The notes under the pieces are model-generated. The model was given only the letters and a program-made list of their open reading frames with translations. It did no database searches and was not told the DNA's origin. From Dicyema japonicum (taxonomy: Eukaryota; Animalia; Dicyemida), in contig RDEW01000001.1 in assembly GCA_011109175.1 (NCBI GenBank), positions 1,564,360 through 1,628,359 on the forward strand: DNA of 64,000 nt. Direction: 5' to 3'. The first letter of the stretch is position 1, and every line of letters starts with the position of its first letter. Of the stretch, positions 12,615 to 24,294 are shown one piece after another. The position numbers and the translations under genes were made by a program.

Positions 12615-13500
12615 ATAATTTATTTATTTTAAAACCACAAGAACATCAAGAAAGTATTAACTCACGAAAGGTTATCTCTGTCTTCAACATCTCTCGAATT
12701 CTCCTCAAATACTCAGCCAGCGATCCAGCTGCACTCCGGAAGTATTTCTTTTATGTCCGCAGAGAAATTCTATGGATGCATATGAAATGGATGTGGTGTC
12801 TAATTGCATATTCCGCATGATCTTTCGCCTAAGAGAGTTCAAACGCTCGACCCTTGAAAGGAAAAAAGCGAATCTTTAGGCAGAACAGACATATTCAATC
12901 GTCGGCACAATAACTTGGAGATATAATTTGCTGATAAAAGCAGTAGGTGGGAAGGGACTCTTCTTTATGATATTTTTTAAGACGTTTCGAAGACCCTTGG
13001 TTAATACTTCCTCCATGTGACTGGGGAACGTGTAACAGAATCGAATGTCATTCCAAGGATCTTCTGGATTCGCGTAAAAGGGATGGGAATGTTTCCGATG
13101 AATATCTCAATTACGCTTTTAAATCTCCTGTCCGAGTAAATAGGGTGAATTGAGACCTGGATGCAGCCACAGACAGAAAATTTACTGATAGCCAGTCACA
13201 CCGAACAAATTTTAACTAACGAGCAAGTTCTTTGACATTTTTTAGTATCCCGCCTTTAAAATGAATGAAATTTTTGTATTCCAAATTGTGACCAGTAACC
13301 CTTGTGGTTAATAAGTCAGATGGTCGAGTTGGTGGTGTAGCTCTGGTACAATATGACATGGCTATTGTGCACTTAATGCCTCCATCGAATGCAAAGGAGC
13401 ATCGGATACACCAATATCTGTGTTCGAATCCCGCTTGGCCAAATCGGAGGACCTTGGGTATGTCCCCATATTGGTTAGTTAATGACCGCAAGAGTTATTT
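12615..13500 (-). mobile_element. Degenerate LINE fragments (3' end homologous to 38040-38300, plus an RT piece)
   Basis: Shares GAAGATCATGCGGAATATGCAAT and ACTTCCGGAGTGCAG with the 38 kb copy. A GQAGF RT-like motif lies at about 13430. Confidence 0.6.
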
Positions 13501-13603
13501 TTAAAAATAAATTGAGCAGAGTTAAAGGCGTGGCATAATGGTTATTAAAAAAGTTTAAATTTTTTATGTTAATGCGATCAAAAATGAAGAGAGTAATGTT
13601 AGG

Positions 13604-15050
13604 TTAATTGGTCACATCCACCAGAGCGTTGACGAAATAATCTATGTTTCCACTGTTAAGTCCCGAAACGGACATTCTTCCTGTTTTTACCATGTAAACA
13701 GAATGCTTATCTCTCAGCAGTTGAACCTATACTGTGGCTATTAATAGTACTTCTTGTTGGGTCAGTCCCGTGTAGCAGAACATGCCATTCTGTTTTTCAA
13801 TGTGACTCCAATCTCGAGTTGAGCCTCTTTCGGCTAACTTCTTAACAGCCAATGTCCTCATTTGTTGAATTCTCCCAGCCATTCCCTCCAATTCACTCTG
13901 CCATAGTGATCTCAGCTCAGGACTGCTCAGAATTCTTGTGGCAATTCTAGCCCCATTAATAGGACAGAAGGAATGAAGTCTTCTTAGCAGAAATGATAGA
14001 TTAGATTGGACTCTCTGTTTCTCCTCCTGTGACTCGCAAACTATTGACAGGGTTGCTGCACGTTCGCCATACAGACCCATGTTTTTAGAAAAGGACTGCA
14101 CGAGAAGTATGGGACAATCCTTTGGAGATACTCTGTCTGCCATCAGTCGAACGAATGAGGCGTCTAAATCGGGATCACCGGAGACAAATCCTTGGTACGC
14201 CATGTCGAAGAACAGACAGCACTTCTTTTTCTTTAAGACTTCCGAAATGGACTTCCACTGTTCAATCTAGAAATGTGAGTTTATTCATTACAGAAGGGTC
14301 GACCCCCGTTGGATTATGACCACATGGATGAATGAGTACCACCGAGCCTTCCTTCATGTCCTTCAATGATCTTAAACTAACACCTCAAATTCTTTCATCA
14401 TTCCCTCAAAGTTCAAGCCTCTGGTCTGATCATCATAGTATTTGTACTGCTTTACCCCCAATCCAGCACCTCTTTGAAATTAGTTGAAATAGAGCTACTT
14501 AATAATCTCAATATGGCTAGGCCACGTGGGATCTGGGATCAGCACTTCTCTGTTTCCACCCCAGTTCATTTCCTTCGATAAAACTAGATTATTGAACCAA
14601 AAATTCAGCCGCAAGTCGAACTCCCCCGGCACCCGACATTGTCTGGACAGTGCAATTCTGGAAGTTGTTATATTTATAATAACTAAGAATTCTTAAATGA
14701 CACTGGAACCCTCCGAATCCTAAAATAGCCGCTTCTCGGCAGAATTCAGGGATTCCTGTAAGTGGGGGATATTCTTTGTTCATTTGTTCCTCAATGATCA
14801 TTTTGTCAGCCTACTAATACGCAAAGGGACTACTTTCCTGACAGATTCGAGCACAAAGGGACGTCCTTTGTCATCCCTGTATGCCCCAACTGTAAGATTA
14901 ATTTTATCGGGATTCGGATCTGCCTTACAGGCCGAATCAGGTTCGAGGATTGGATCAGGAGAGATGGCTGCCAATTGAGACCAACGACGACTAAATTTAT
15001 AGTGGAATCAATTACAGTGAGAATTTTGATAGTTGTAAGCACCTGATCAT
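13604..15050 (-). CDS. GOT2: Mitochondrial aspartate aminotransferase, 9 exons
   Basis: Motifs [64 protein letters not shown] (PLP lysine) and [10 protein letters not shown], with an N-terminal presequence-like [15 protein letters not shown]. Introns: 14991-15015, 14811-14833, about 14658-14683, 14573-14597, 14472-14498, 14361-14383, 14267-14291, 13727-13750. One apparent indel near 14700. Confidence 0.93.
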
Positions 15051-15299
15051 TGAAATAATGCGAAATCATTAATTATGAAGGTAGGTTGGGCGTATAATAA
15101 TTGTGGTTGCTTTAAAAATTATCTGTATTGTGAGTTGCCAACGTTAACCGTTCGATAAGCTATTTTAAAGGTAGTCTGTGGTTGGGGTGTCATTTGTTTT
15201 GGGATTGAATGCTTTGCTTTCCACTCGGTCGAAGGTTCCTTACTTATGCTCTGTCCCTTTCTTCATTCGTTTGACTAGGGGCGTCATGTGATCTACCCT

Positions 15300-16600
15300 A
15301 ATCAGGAGGCGCATAGAAGGATGGCATAATCACATTTACTTTCCTCTCCAACTGGATCATTACTTGGAGTGGTCCCCAAAATTGTGATTTTTAATAGACT
15401 TTGTTTCTTTAAAAACGCACGTGTGGGGGTTCAGGAAGATGGTGGGACCGCTGAAGGATCAGGTATCTTAGTTGGATCTTGGTCTTTCAAGTAAAAGTGC
15501 TTCAGGCATAGTCCTTCAACTAGGACCGATGACTCTGTAGAGTGCTCCTTGGATTGAGACAACTTGTATAACGAAGAGGAAATGGTCATTGGCCACCATG
15601 AACATGAGCGTTGAAGAGACACCAGGCGTGGGTTCCGAGAGTTTGGATATGAAAACTGTCATTCTCCTCAATCCTAAGAGGCTTCATGTGATCACCTTCT
15701 CAGGAGACGCCGAGTTCCAATCTGAAATGGTTTCCATAATGGCGGATATTGATGAACAAGACGTGTCTCACTTCGACCGTGGGAACTTTATATACACACT
15801 TATTGGTTCCTTGGGGGAAGTAATTATTATTAAAAACACAGCTCGAAAGATAACTTGGTTGATATTCCCCTTGTGACATCTGAAAGATCCGGTCAACTAA
15901 TTTCTTACAGGGTCCTCTGTTCTGTCTCCTTTTTGTTGGTTGTCGAGATCATCTTGTGTGAGGAGTTTACCATTGATTTTTGTTAGGTCGGCGTTGAGAA
16001 CAACCGGGAGGGATATTCTTCGTCTTTATGGAATTCGGGGATTCCTCCGTGAAATACACTTAGTATCAAGGCGCAGTATGTGTCCGTTAAAGTTTCGTCG
16101 ATCTTCGATGATTGACCGGGAGACTTTCCGGATCTTGTAATGTGAATATGTTTCCAGGTGGGGGGGGGGTCTTTTTGCCCATCAGTCACTAATGACCACA
16201 CGAATTTGCCTTCTGTGGATTTGTCGAGTCTACTAAGTTCATTATTCGATAATCTCCAGTAAAATTAAAGTCACAATAACTTTAGTTTGTCCACCAACAT
16301 ATGAGGACAGAGTCGATATAAAACGAAAAGTCGTTAACTCAAAATTTCTTGTTTATCACAAAGGTTAATCTAGATGAACTGAGTCTGTCGTCTGCACGAG
16401 GCAAACCCGGTCTCTTTAGATTACTCGATGACAAACTTAACTGTTCAGCGGTAGAAGTTCCCTAATGTCGATGTTTATTCATGATTCCAATATTCTTGTA
16501 AACCCAGTTGGCGTATATGTAGTCATGACCAAATCTAGTGTTGTTGTCTTCAAAAACAGTAAATTTATTAGAAAAAAAGAAAAAGTGAAATTTGGTGGAT
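15300..16600 (-). mobile_element. Highly degenerate LINE-like region
   Basis: Scattered RT-like peptides (GKSPGQ and others) and no long ORF. Confidence 0.4.
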
Positions 16601-16659
16601 ACGGACTCTAGTTTCGTGTTTACAAAGTAACAGTTAGCCAAGTGGTTGATCGACCGGAA

Positions 16660-17130
16660 CGTTGAGGTGGTGACGTACCTCTACTGCACTAAAGCTTCAT
16701 GATGAATAAATAAATTGTTTTTTTTCTCGTGAGCATGGACGTGGTGATGAATTCATAAGACATCAGAAATTTAAAGTTCCGAACAAGGAAAAATACATAA
16801 AGGTTTAAATCCTGTCCAGCCCGAACTAGTGGGGGATTAAAGTCTAAAGGTTGAGGTGGCGACGTATTAAGCATCTACTAGGCTTCATGATAAATGAAAG
16901 TCTATTTCCTTCCCGTGAACGTGGACAAAGTGATTGACTTTGTCCACTCGGGAGATATTAGAAATTGAAGTCCTAGATAAGCAAGGATGAAAATAGCAAG
17001 CGGATTAATAAGATCTGGAGTCCCTAGATAAGCAAGGATGAAAATAGCAAGCGGATTAATAAGATCTGGGGTCACTTGACTAGATCGGTTACTATTACCT
17101 TCCTTCTCACTACTTCCCTGGGTTACGTAG
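16660..17130 (+). repeat. Two diverged ~190-bp units each starting GTTGAGGTGG(T/C)GACGT, then an exact ~50-bp tandem duplication and a LINE-type GVT* end
   Basis: Units start at about 16661 and 16850. CCTAGATAAGCAAGGATGAAAATAGCAAGCGGATTAATAAGATCTGG occurs twice at about 16972-17069. Confidence 0.7.
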
Positions 17131-17470
17131 GCAAATAAATTACCTAGATTTATTCACAAAATTCGCTTATTAACAGTCAATTTATGCACATAAAAATAAC
17201 AATAACGTGGGAGCAATGACGGACGCCTTTCTCTCCAGCATTGGAAGCAAACTCGCCTCAAAAAGGTGTGAGCCACGGGAGAGGCTCGAAATTGTGATTA
17301 TCAGAGGTAACGCCTTCCCCATTCTGTCGTCCTAGTTATTTATAATTAAAAAAATAAATTCTCTTGTAATAAAAAATAACAATTAATTTAAAATCAATAA
17401 CCTATCGTTACCAATCAATAACTACAATCTAATGGACATACAACAAATAACCATAAAACGAAACACTCCA

Positions 17471-17897
17471 TTTAATTGTATTAAACTAATTAGGTGATCC
17501 CGGCCGCCTCCATCAGGTCTCTCATCTTTTTCCGGTGGACCTTCCGAGATCCAACACAGCTTCTCTGAGGACGGGAGGGTTTTGAAAGAAAATACAAGAG
17601 GGGTGATGTAAAGTCTTCTAGTAAGACCCAATCCATTAGAGCATTGTAGGAAGTTGGATTTTCGGCACAGAGCGGCGAATCCCTTCCCATTTTGTCCGAT
17701 AAGGTCTTTCAGAGAGGTGGGTGTGAGACTGACTGTTCTCACGAGCTTGCCGATAGTTGTAGCTGATAGGGACTGAATATCGCTGATTTTCTGTTTGTTC
17801 GTCCAGGATAGGTTGATTCCCCAAGACGCACAGGCGTAGCTGATATATGGCTCAATGAATTGTTTATGTAGTAGTTTCATTGCTGAGAAAAGGGTTC
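17471..17897 (-). mobile_element. LINE 3' fragment, inverted near-identical partner of 18918-19343
   Basis: Same peptide (KLLHKQFIEP...MEAAGIT*) as ORF 18800..19324. Confidence 0.9.
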
Positions 17898-18217
17898 CAT
17901 TGAATCTCAGCTTTTCAACTAATGCATTCACAAGTCTTAGTCCTTCCACTAATGTACCTGTCACCTTGGCTTTCATGTACGTTAATACACTACAAAATCA
18001 TCCCTTAATAAGCATTCTAGTCAACTACAAAGAAGTACCCACTTGACTTAAATCTCCTACAGCTCATATCTAGTTCAAAATAAAATCTTTTTATTGAACA
18101 TACTAGTGAGGTACCTAGAACGCAAAGAGAGGACATTTACCTCCGATAACACAATAGAGTAAGAGAACAAGCCGAATTGATTAAACAGTTAAGCATGTTA
18201 GTTAATTGTAATAGTTA

Positions 18218-18594
18218 TTAGAACGCAAAGAGAATGAGGAAGGACATCATCAGACAGAACAGTCCCATAGCCTCAGACATGGCGAACCCAATGATGGCAT
18301 AGGAGAACAACTGATTCTTTAATGAAGGATTCCGGGCGTAACCAATAACCAAATTTCCGAAAATACTTCCAATTCCGGCACCTGCAAGTCAAAACACAGC
18401 ACACCAGATCCAGCAGAGCCAACACAGGCGGCGCCGGCTCCAATGTATCGGGCAGCCTGGTCAATGTCCCTTTTGACTGCAGACGTGTGGATCTGAGTGG
18501 TTCGAGTCACTCTAGCTATGTTGCTGGTAAGAAGACGCTAAGGCTAAATATTCGATTCTACCTGAGAAAACTGACCAATTTTTCTTGAAATCAT
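18218..18594 (-). CDS. ATP5MC: ATP synthase F0 subunit c precursor (nuclear-encoded, animal type), 3 exons
   Basis: Spliced product: [109 protein letters not shown]. Introns at 18538-18561 (24 nt) and 18382-18404 (23 nt). Confidence 0.97.
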
Positions 18595-18794
18595 TCCCTT
18601 AAATATAAGCACAACAACTCACACTAAGCACGCTGATTGAAGTCCTTAATTATATATTTTTTAATAAATTTATAATCATTTACATTATATTTTATAGAAT
18701 ATTGTTATTTATCGAGTGAGAAATATCATTTACAATAATTCCAAATACCTATAAGCCGAAATTGAAAATCTTAGGAGTAAAATACCTTTTACTA

Positions 18795-19383
18795 AGAAAT
18801 TGAAAATCTTAGGAGTCGTCTTTGACACGCACATGACCTTCTCCCCTCATGTCGAATATATCTCCGGAACCTGCTCAAGAAAGCTTGGTTTGATCAAATC
18901 TATTTTTGGTGGCATCAGAACCCTTTTCCCAGCATTGAAACTACTACATAAACAATTCATTGAGCCATCTATTAGCTACGCCTGTGCGTCTTGGGGAATC
19001 AACCTATCCTGGACGAACAAACAGAAAATCAGTGACATTCAGTCCCTATCAGCTACAACTATTGGCAAACTCGTGAGAACAGTCAGTCTCACAGCCACCT
19101 CTCTGGAAGACTTTATCGGACAAAATGGGAAGGGATTCGCCGCTCTGTGCCGAAAATCCAACTTCCTACAATGCTCCAATGGATTGGGTCTTACTAGAAG
19201 ACTTTACATCACCCCTCTTGTATTCCTTTCAAAACCCTCCCGTCCTCAGAGAAGCTGTGTTGGATCTCGGAAGGTCCACCGGAAAAAGATGAGAGACCTG
19301 ATGGAGGCGGCCGGGATCACCTAATTAGTTTAATACAATTAAATTAACTATTGGTGTTCTTGGGTTAAATAAAAAATAAAAAT
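18795..19383 (+). mobile_element. LINE 3' fragment with A-rich tail
   Basis: KILGVVFDTHMTFSPHV and SYACASW; ends AAGIT*. Confidence 0.9.
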
Positions 19384-19403
19384 ATGAGCCGGAATAGTCG
19401 GGT

Positions 19404-22298
19404 GAACTGGTGACGTGGCTCTTGAACTCAATGTCTGGAAAACACAGTATCAAGCCATTGGACTTCTCCCTTCTCACGTTTAACGTCAGTGGACTCTCTA
19501 GTGTTTGGAAACGGAAGGAACTGGTCGAGGATCTTTCAAAATACAAGATTTCAATCGCCTGCCTTCAGGAGACCAAACATATCAACGGGATCGAAGAACA
19601 ACATGGAACTTTCGACTAATCTTCCTTCCAGGTGGAAACAAGCACTATGGGCTAGGATTTGCAGTTAGGAATGATCTATCAAAGAGAGTCTGCCGATATC
19701 ACAGCGTAAATGATAGAATCGGGGTGTTGCAATTGAAACTGGATGACCTCAACCCGTCGAAGAAAGATCTAACTATAATAAACGTTTACGCTCCTCACAG
19801 TGGATGGCTTAATAAAAACCCTGAGGAGATTGATGACTTTTACACTAGTCTTTCTGCCGTGTTCTCCAAGTATGCTCTCTCAACATTAGTAATGATCGCA
19901 GGAGACCTAAATGCGAAAGCTGGCACCCAGGTTACGACCTATGAGACATTCATGGGAAGGCATGGTAGGGGAAAAAAATCTTCCGGGAACTCTACTAGCT
20001 AACTTCTGTCAAACGAACAACCTATTTTTATGCAATACAGCCTTCATGCATCCAGCCAGATATGAATCAACGTGGTCGGGACACAGAACAAATCTCGAAG
20101 GGCGAGTGATAAATATGTACAACCAGATCGACTATATCATATCCAGGATAAAAGATCGAGGGAATTATACTTGATGCACGAGCTTATGGTGGATCGATTA
20201 TCGACAGCGACCACAAAATGGTTATTGCTAGACTTTCTCTAAAGAGATTTATGGTACTACAAAGAACGAAATGAAGCACATTGAAACCACAGAACCCAAC
20301 TATAGACGTTATAATTTGGAATCCTTAATCAGTCAATCAGAAGGTGCCCTAGCATTCAAAGAATATCTGGATGCAGAACTAGAAAACATGCCTACAGATT
20401 TGCCGCCCGAAAAATCCTGGGATTTTGTGGAGCAGTCAATACATAAAGGAGCCAATCTGCATCTATTGAAAGAAAATGAGAAAATCCCATCGCACAATGA
20501 AATTTACACGATGAAAGAATTTACCAATAAACAGAAGACCATATGGAAGCTATATCAAAATACTGACGATTCGAACGTAAAATCAAAATTGCGGCTAGAG
20601 TGAAAGACTATCAAAGCAAAAATAAGAAAAACTATACGCCAGCATAACAGAAATAGAACACTGGACCAGATTAAGAAGATAGAATCTCTCAAGGACAACG
20701 CTAGATTCTACGAGGCTGTGAAACAGATGAAAGGAAAGAGACCCCATCAACCGATAATGATAAGAGATGACAAAGGAACGCAGATTGTGGATCAAAGGAA
20801 GTGACGGAAATTATCGCTGCCCACTTTGGAAAACTTTTCAATCCAAGGAACGACACTATCATCTTAGAACGAGGAAAATTGGACGAGGAAATCACATCAT
20901 ATGAAGTTGAACTTGCGAGTTCCAAGTTGAAAAACAACAGGACTCCTGGCCCCGACGGACTTGGTGATGAATTCTTCAAATATGGAACCCAAAAGCTGTA
21001 TGAATGCATCGGTAGGATCCTGAATGAAATGCACTATTATTGTAACACCCTGATCCTGGGATAGGGTATCTTGATACCTGTACAGAAGGCGAATGAACCA
21101 AGATCTAAGGTGGAGAACCTCCGTCCAGTCATATTAATGAATTTACTTCGAAAAATTTTGGCAAACATAACATTATAAAGGATGGAAGGACGCCTAGATA
21201 CATTTCTGTTGCTATACCACAGCGGATTCCGAAAAGGAAGATCTACTTCCGATGTTTTGTGGTCCCACAAGTGGAGATCTGCGGCCGTTCAAAAGTTCAA
21301 AATTTCTACAACCATCCTCGGAATCAACATCAACTGTAAGAGTCGGGGGAGCCTTGTCTCGCCGATTTGAGACGACTGTTGGCACTTCACAGGGAGACCC
21401 ATTATCACCTATACTTTTTGTCATATACCTTGAAGCTGCTTTACGGGAGTCAAAACCGATAATGGGTAAAAAGACAAACATTATTGCGTATGCTGACGAC
21501 GTAGACTTTATTTCAAAGACAAAATACCGCTCACCCGCTTGATGGAAGAAGTGCCTGGAAGACTAGCCGAATGATTCCTAACAGTAAATCCGGGCAAGAC
21601 TGAGGTAACTGAACTCAAGAGGGAAGAAACAAGGACGGAGGAGTACTGGCGCAAGTGCAAAAAGCTTGGCTCCCTCCTAGGAGACCATGAAGAAATTACA
21701 AGAAGGAAAACCCTAGCACAAACTGCCCTCTCCAGATTAAAGAACACCTGGCTCCACAAAAAAGGCCTTGACATTACAACAAAAACTCGATTATACAACT
21801 CGCTAGTGAAACCCATACTACTGTATAACGCTGGTACCTGGGCCTGCTCAAGAAATGAACTGAAGAGGCTTAATGCGTTTCATAGAGACCAACTACGGCA
21901 TATGATGTTCGAAAGAAGTGATACGAGGATGTCATCTAATCTTCTTTATAAGAGGACGAAGACCTCAGAAATTTCTAATGAGATTCTGGATACACGATGG
22001 AGGCTTTTCGGCCATATTCTGCGACTGGACCTAGATGCTCCCGCGAACGTAGTTATGGAGGATTACTTCATGTTGGAGGCTCCCCGTTTCCGTGGTCGCC
22101 CAAGGACGACACTGGCAGTCGTTCTCGAAGAGGACCTCAAAGAAATATGACGGCATCTTGGAAGTGGAGAGGATCTTGACTGGTTGTGCACTGCTGCTTT
22201 GAATAGGAGGAAGTGGATGAAACTAACCAGTGATTTGCTAACTCGTGTTGCACATGCTTTGTCAAGTCCTATGACATAGCGATATGGCTTATAATAAT
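19404..22298 (+). mobile_element. Full-length RTE-clade LINE (single APE-RT ORF, disrupted) with an 11-bp TSD
   Basis: TSD AATAGTCGGGT at 19393-19403 and 22299-22309. ATG at 19431. Motifs LTFNV, CLQETK, NVYAP, GDLNAK, QIDYI, SDHK, YADDV, RWRLFGHILR, RGRPR. (TAA)n tail. Confidence 0.93.
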
Positions 22299-22301
22299 AA
22301 T

Positions 22302-22375
22302 AGTCGGGTTGCATAGTGGTTAAGTGTCAGGCTTAAGTGATTTAGTTAACGGGTTCGATTCTCGCTGTTGCCTCT
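22302..22375 (+). repeat. tRNA-derived (SINE-like) head with Pol III A/B boxes
   Basis: TAGTGGTTAAG at 22314 and GGTTCGATTC at 22352. No convincing cloverleaf. Confidence 0.55.
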
Positions 22376-22380
22376 CACTT

Positions 22381-22481
22381 AAGAATACTTTAATTACTTA
22401 ATTATTCTTTAAGAATACTTTAATTACTTAATTATTCTTTAAGAATACTTTAATTACTTAATTATTCTTTAAGAATACTTT
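22381..22481. repeat. 30-bp minisatellite, 3.3 perfect copies
   Basis: Unit AAGAATACTTTAATTACTTAATTATTCTTT, with internally inverted ends AAGAATA/TATTCTT. Confidence 0.95.
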
Positions 22482-22493
22482 GATCTCAACACC

Positions 22494-22725
22494 TTCTGAT
22501 GTGATCGGACTGTCGTGGGTTCGAATCCGAAAAATGGAGTTTTAGCGAAAGTTAATTCTCGTCAAAAAGATCTACTCGTGGGACGACGAGTCCTTCTGCA
22601 CGACATTTGTTGAAAAGGATCTTCCTACCTTTCCAAATCTACTGGTGAAGAAATTCCATTATGAAAACTCATCGTTAAAGAATGAAGTGATGTCCCCGAC
22701 GATAGGACGTGCGACGAAATGACAG
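22494..22725 (+). repeat. SINE-like dispersed repeat, copy 1 (others at about 47995-48195 on - and 58165-58385 on +)
   Basis: B box GGTTCGAATCC. Shared blocks TTCTCGTC...GACGAGT, GGTGAAGA..(A/T)CCA and TGATGTCC. Confidence 0.7.
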
Positions 22726-22964
22726 AGTCAGAAAGGGAAATTTATATACTAAAGGAGTATCTATGCAACTTTAATCCCACAAATTGTGAAAACTTGAGCA
22801 AAGACCATCCACCATGTGGCCCAGTATAGTATGGTGGTCAATAATAGTGACTCCACAAATTCCTCTAATAATAACGGAAATTAAAGCACTACCCAAGAAT
22901 GTCAGGCATCAACCCTTATATTAAAGGAATTAAACACAAATATAATAAAATTAATCAATTTTCT

Positions 22965-23999
22965 CTATTTTGTTACTCTTCCATAGTTGGGGGCACTTTT
23001 TGTAGTCTTCAATGGCGGGTCCTCACTCCTCCCAGGCATATCTGGCGTAATCTTCCCATGTAATCTCCACATTGGGTAATGCCCAGACAGGTGCTTCTCA
23101 AACACAACATAGTGTTCCACTTTTTGGCCAAATTCCGATCTCCATACATCAGCCGACCGAAACGGTCAAAAATAGCAAAGGTCAGAAAATATAACAACCC
23201 CCAACCTGAGTAGTGACCAGTCTAACGGTAACTTGCCCATAAAAATTTTCCTCCTGAAGTGCCGACATGTAGACAATGTTAATCACACGTGGGGGCTCCA
23301 CCACACTTCTAAGAGACCACATTAGCGTCTTGTGCTTGAGTCCTCCCATCATTTCCTGACAAGTAAACAAGACAGCCAACATTCATCCCCCTTTCAGTGA
23401 CTAATTGTCTCAGTTCGTCCTCATCTTTTCTGCACTAATACGATGTAAGAACCTGCAGAGAGCCTCGTGTGCCTTAATATATATTCCTGTGCAGTTTGGG
23501 GGAATTCGTTGGTTTTGAAGCCTTCGAATGACCTCAATTTGAGAAGCCCGTAATAATAAGAGCCAGTCCTTTTAGCAATTTCCCACGTGTTTTTAGCAAC
23601 CTTTCATAAACCAACGAAAGTACTTTTTTGTCGAATATTTTAGATAACTCCTTTCTTTGAACATACTCGTCAAAAATTTGTCCTAAAATACCCAAATAAG
23701 CAGACCAGAGTTGCTTGTATTAATGGGTCGGTCCTTAAATGAGCGAGGTGGGGCATGTCCAAGCTCCTTCATGACTTCCCTGTGTTTCCAGGTAGGGAGT
23801 TTAGACGCCCGAACCATTTCAGTAAAATCGGGGAGCGGTGGCTTAATTGAAATAAAGTTCATACGACAATGACCTTCCTTTTACGTAAACTCTTCCATTT
23901 TGGTAATATCACATTTAGGCCTTTTTGACGGAGAGGAAGGTGGGAGAACAAAAAAGGGACAGTATTTTTTGATGTTACCCGAACTGCCAAAGAGCACAT
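22965..23999 (-). CDS. MRPL45: Mitochondrial ribosomal protein L45 (Tim44-like domain), multi-exon
   Basis: [44 protein letters not shown] and YVVFEKHLSGHYPMWRLHGKI match the mL45 family. Several 21-24 nt introns and at least two homopolymer frameshifts. Confidence 0.88.
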
Positions 24000-24294
24000 T
24001 TATTTTAAATTTAAAACATTAATTAAAAATTAATGAATATTCAAATAATTATTAATTTATTTTAGTTAGATTTAATATACAACTTTTTTCAAGTTGTAAA
24101 GTTTGTTCCACCGGTGACAATGTCGTTACCTGGCGACGAGTTATGGAATCGACCTCAACTTACTGGACAACGTCCTCTGTATCACTTTTCTTTGGTGAAG
24201 GTTCCGCTGTCACTTATCCCGATCACGGATTTAATTAGTTTGATTTTACCCTTGGTCTTTGGAAAACTTTTATTTATTATTATACTTTGTGGAC

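Noticed and set aside
22302-22375. Functional tRNA gene
   Set aside because: A and B boxes are present, but the acceptor and anticodon stems do not pair convincingly.
22381-22481. 30-bp palindromic repeats as a CRISPR array
   Set aside because: The repeats are head-to-tail with no spacers, there are no cas genes, and the context is eukaryotic.
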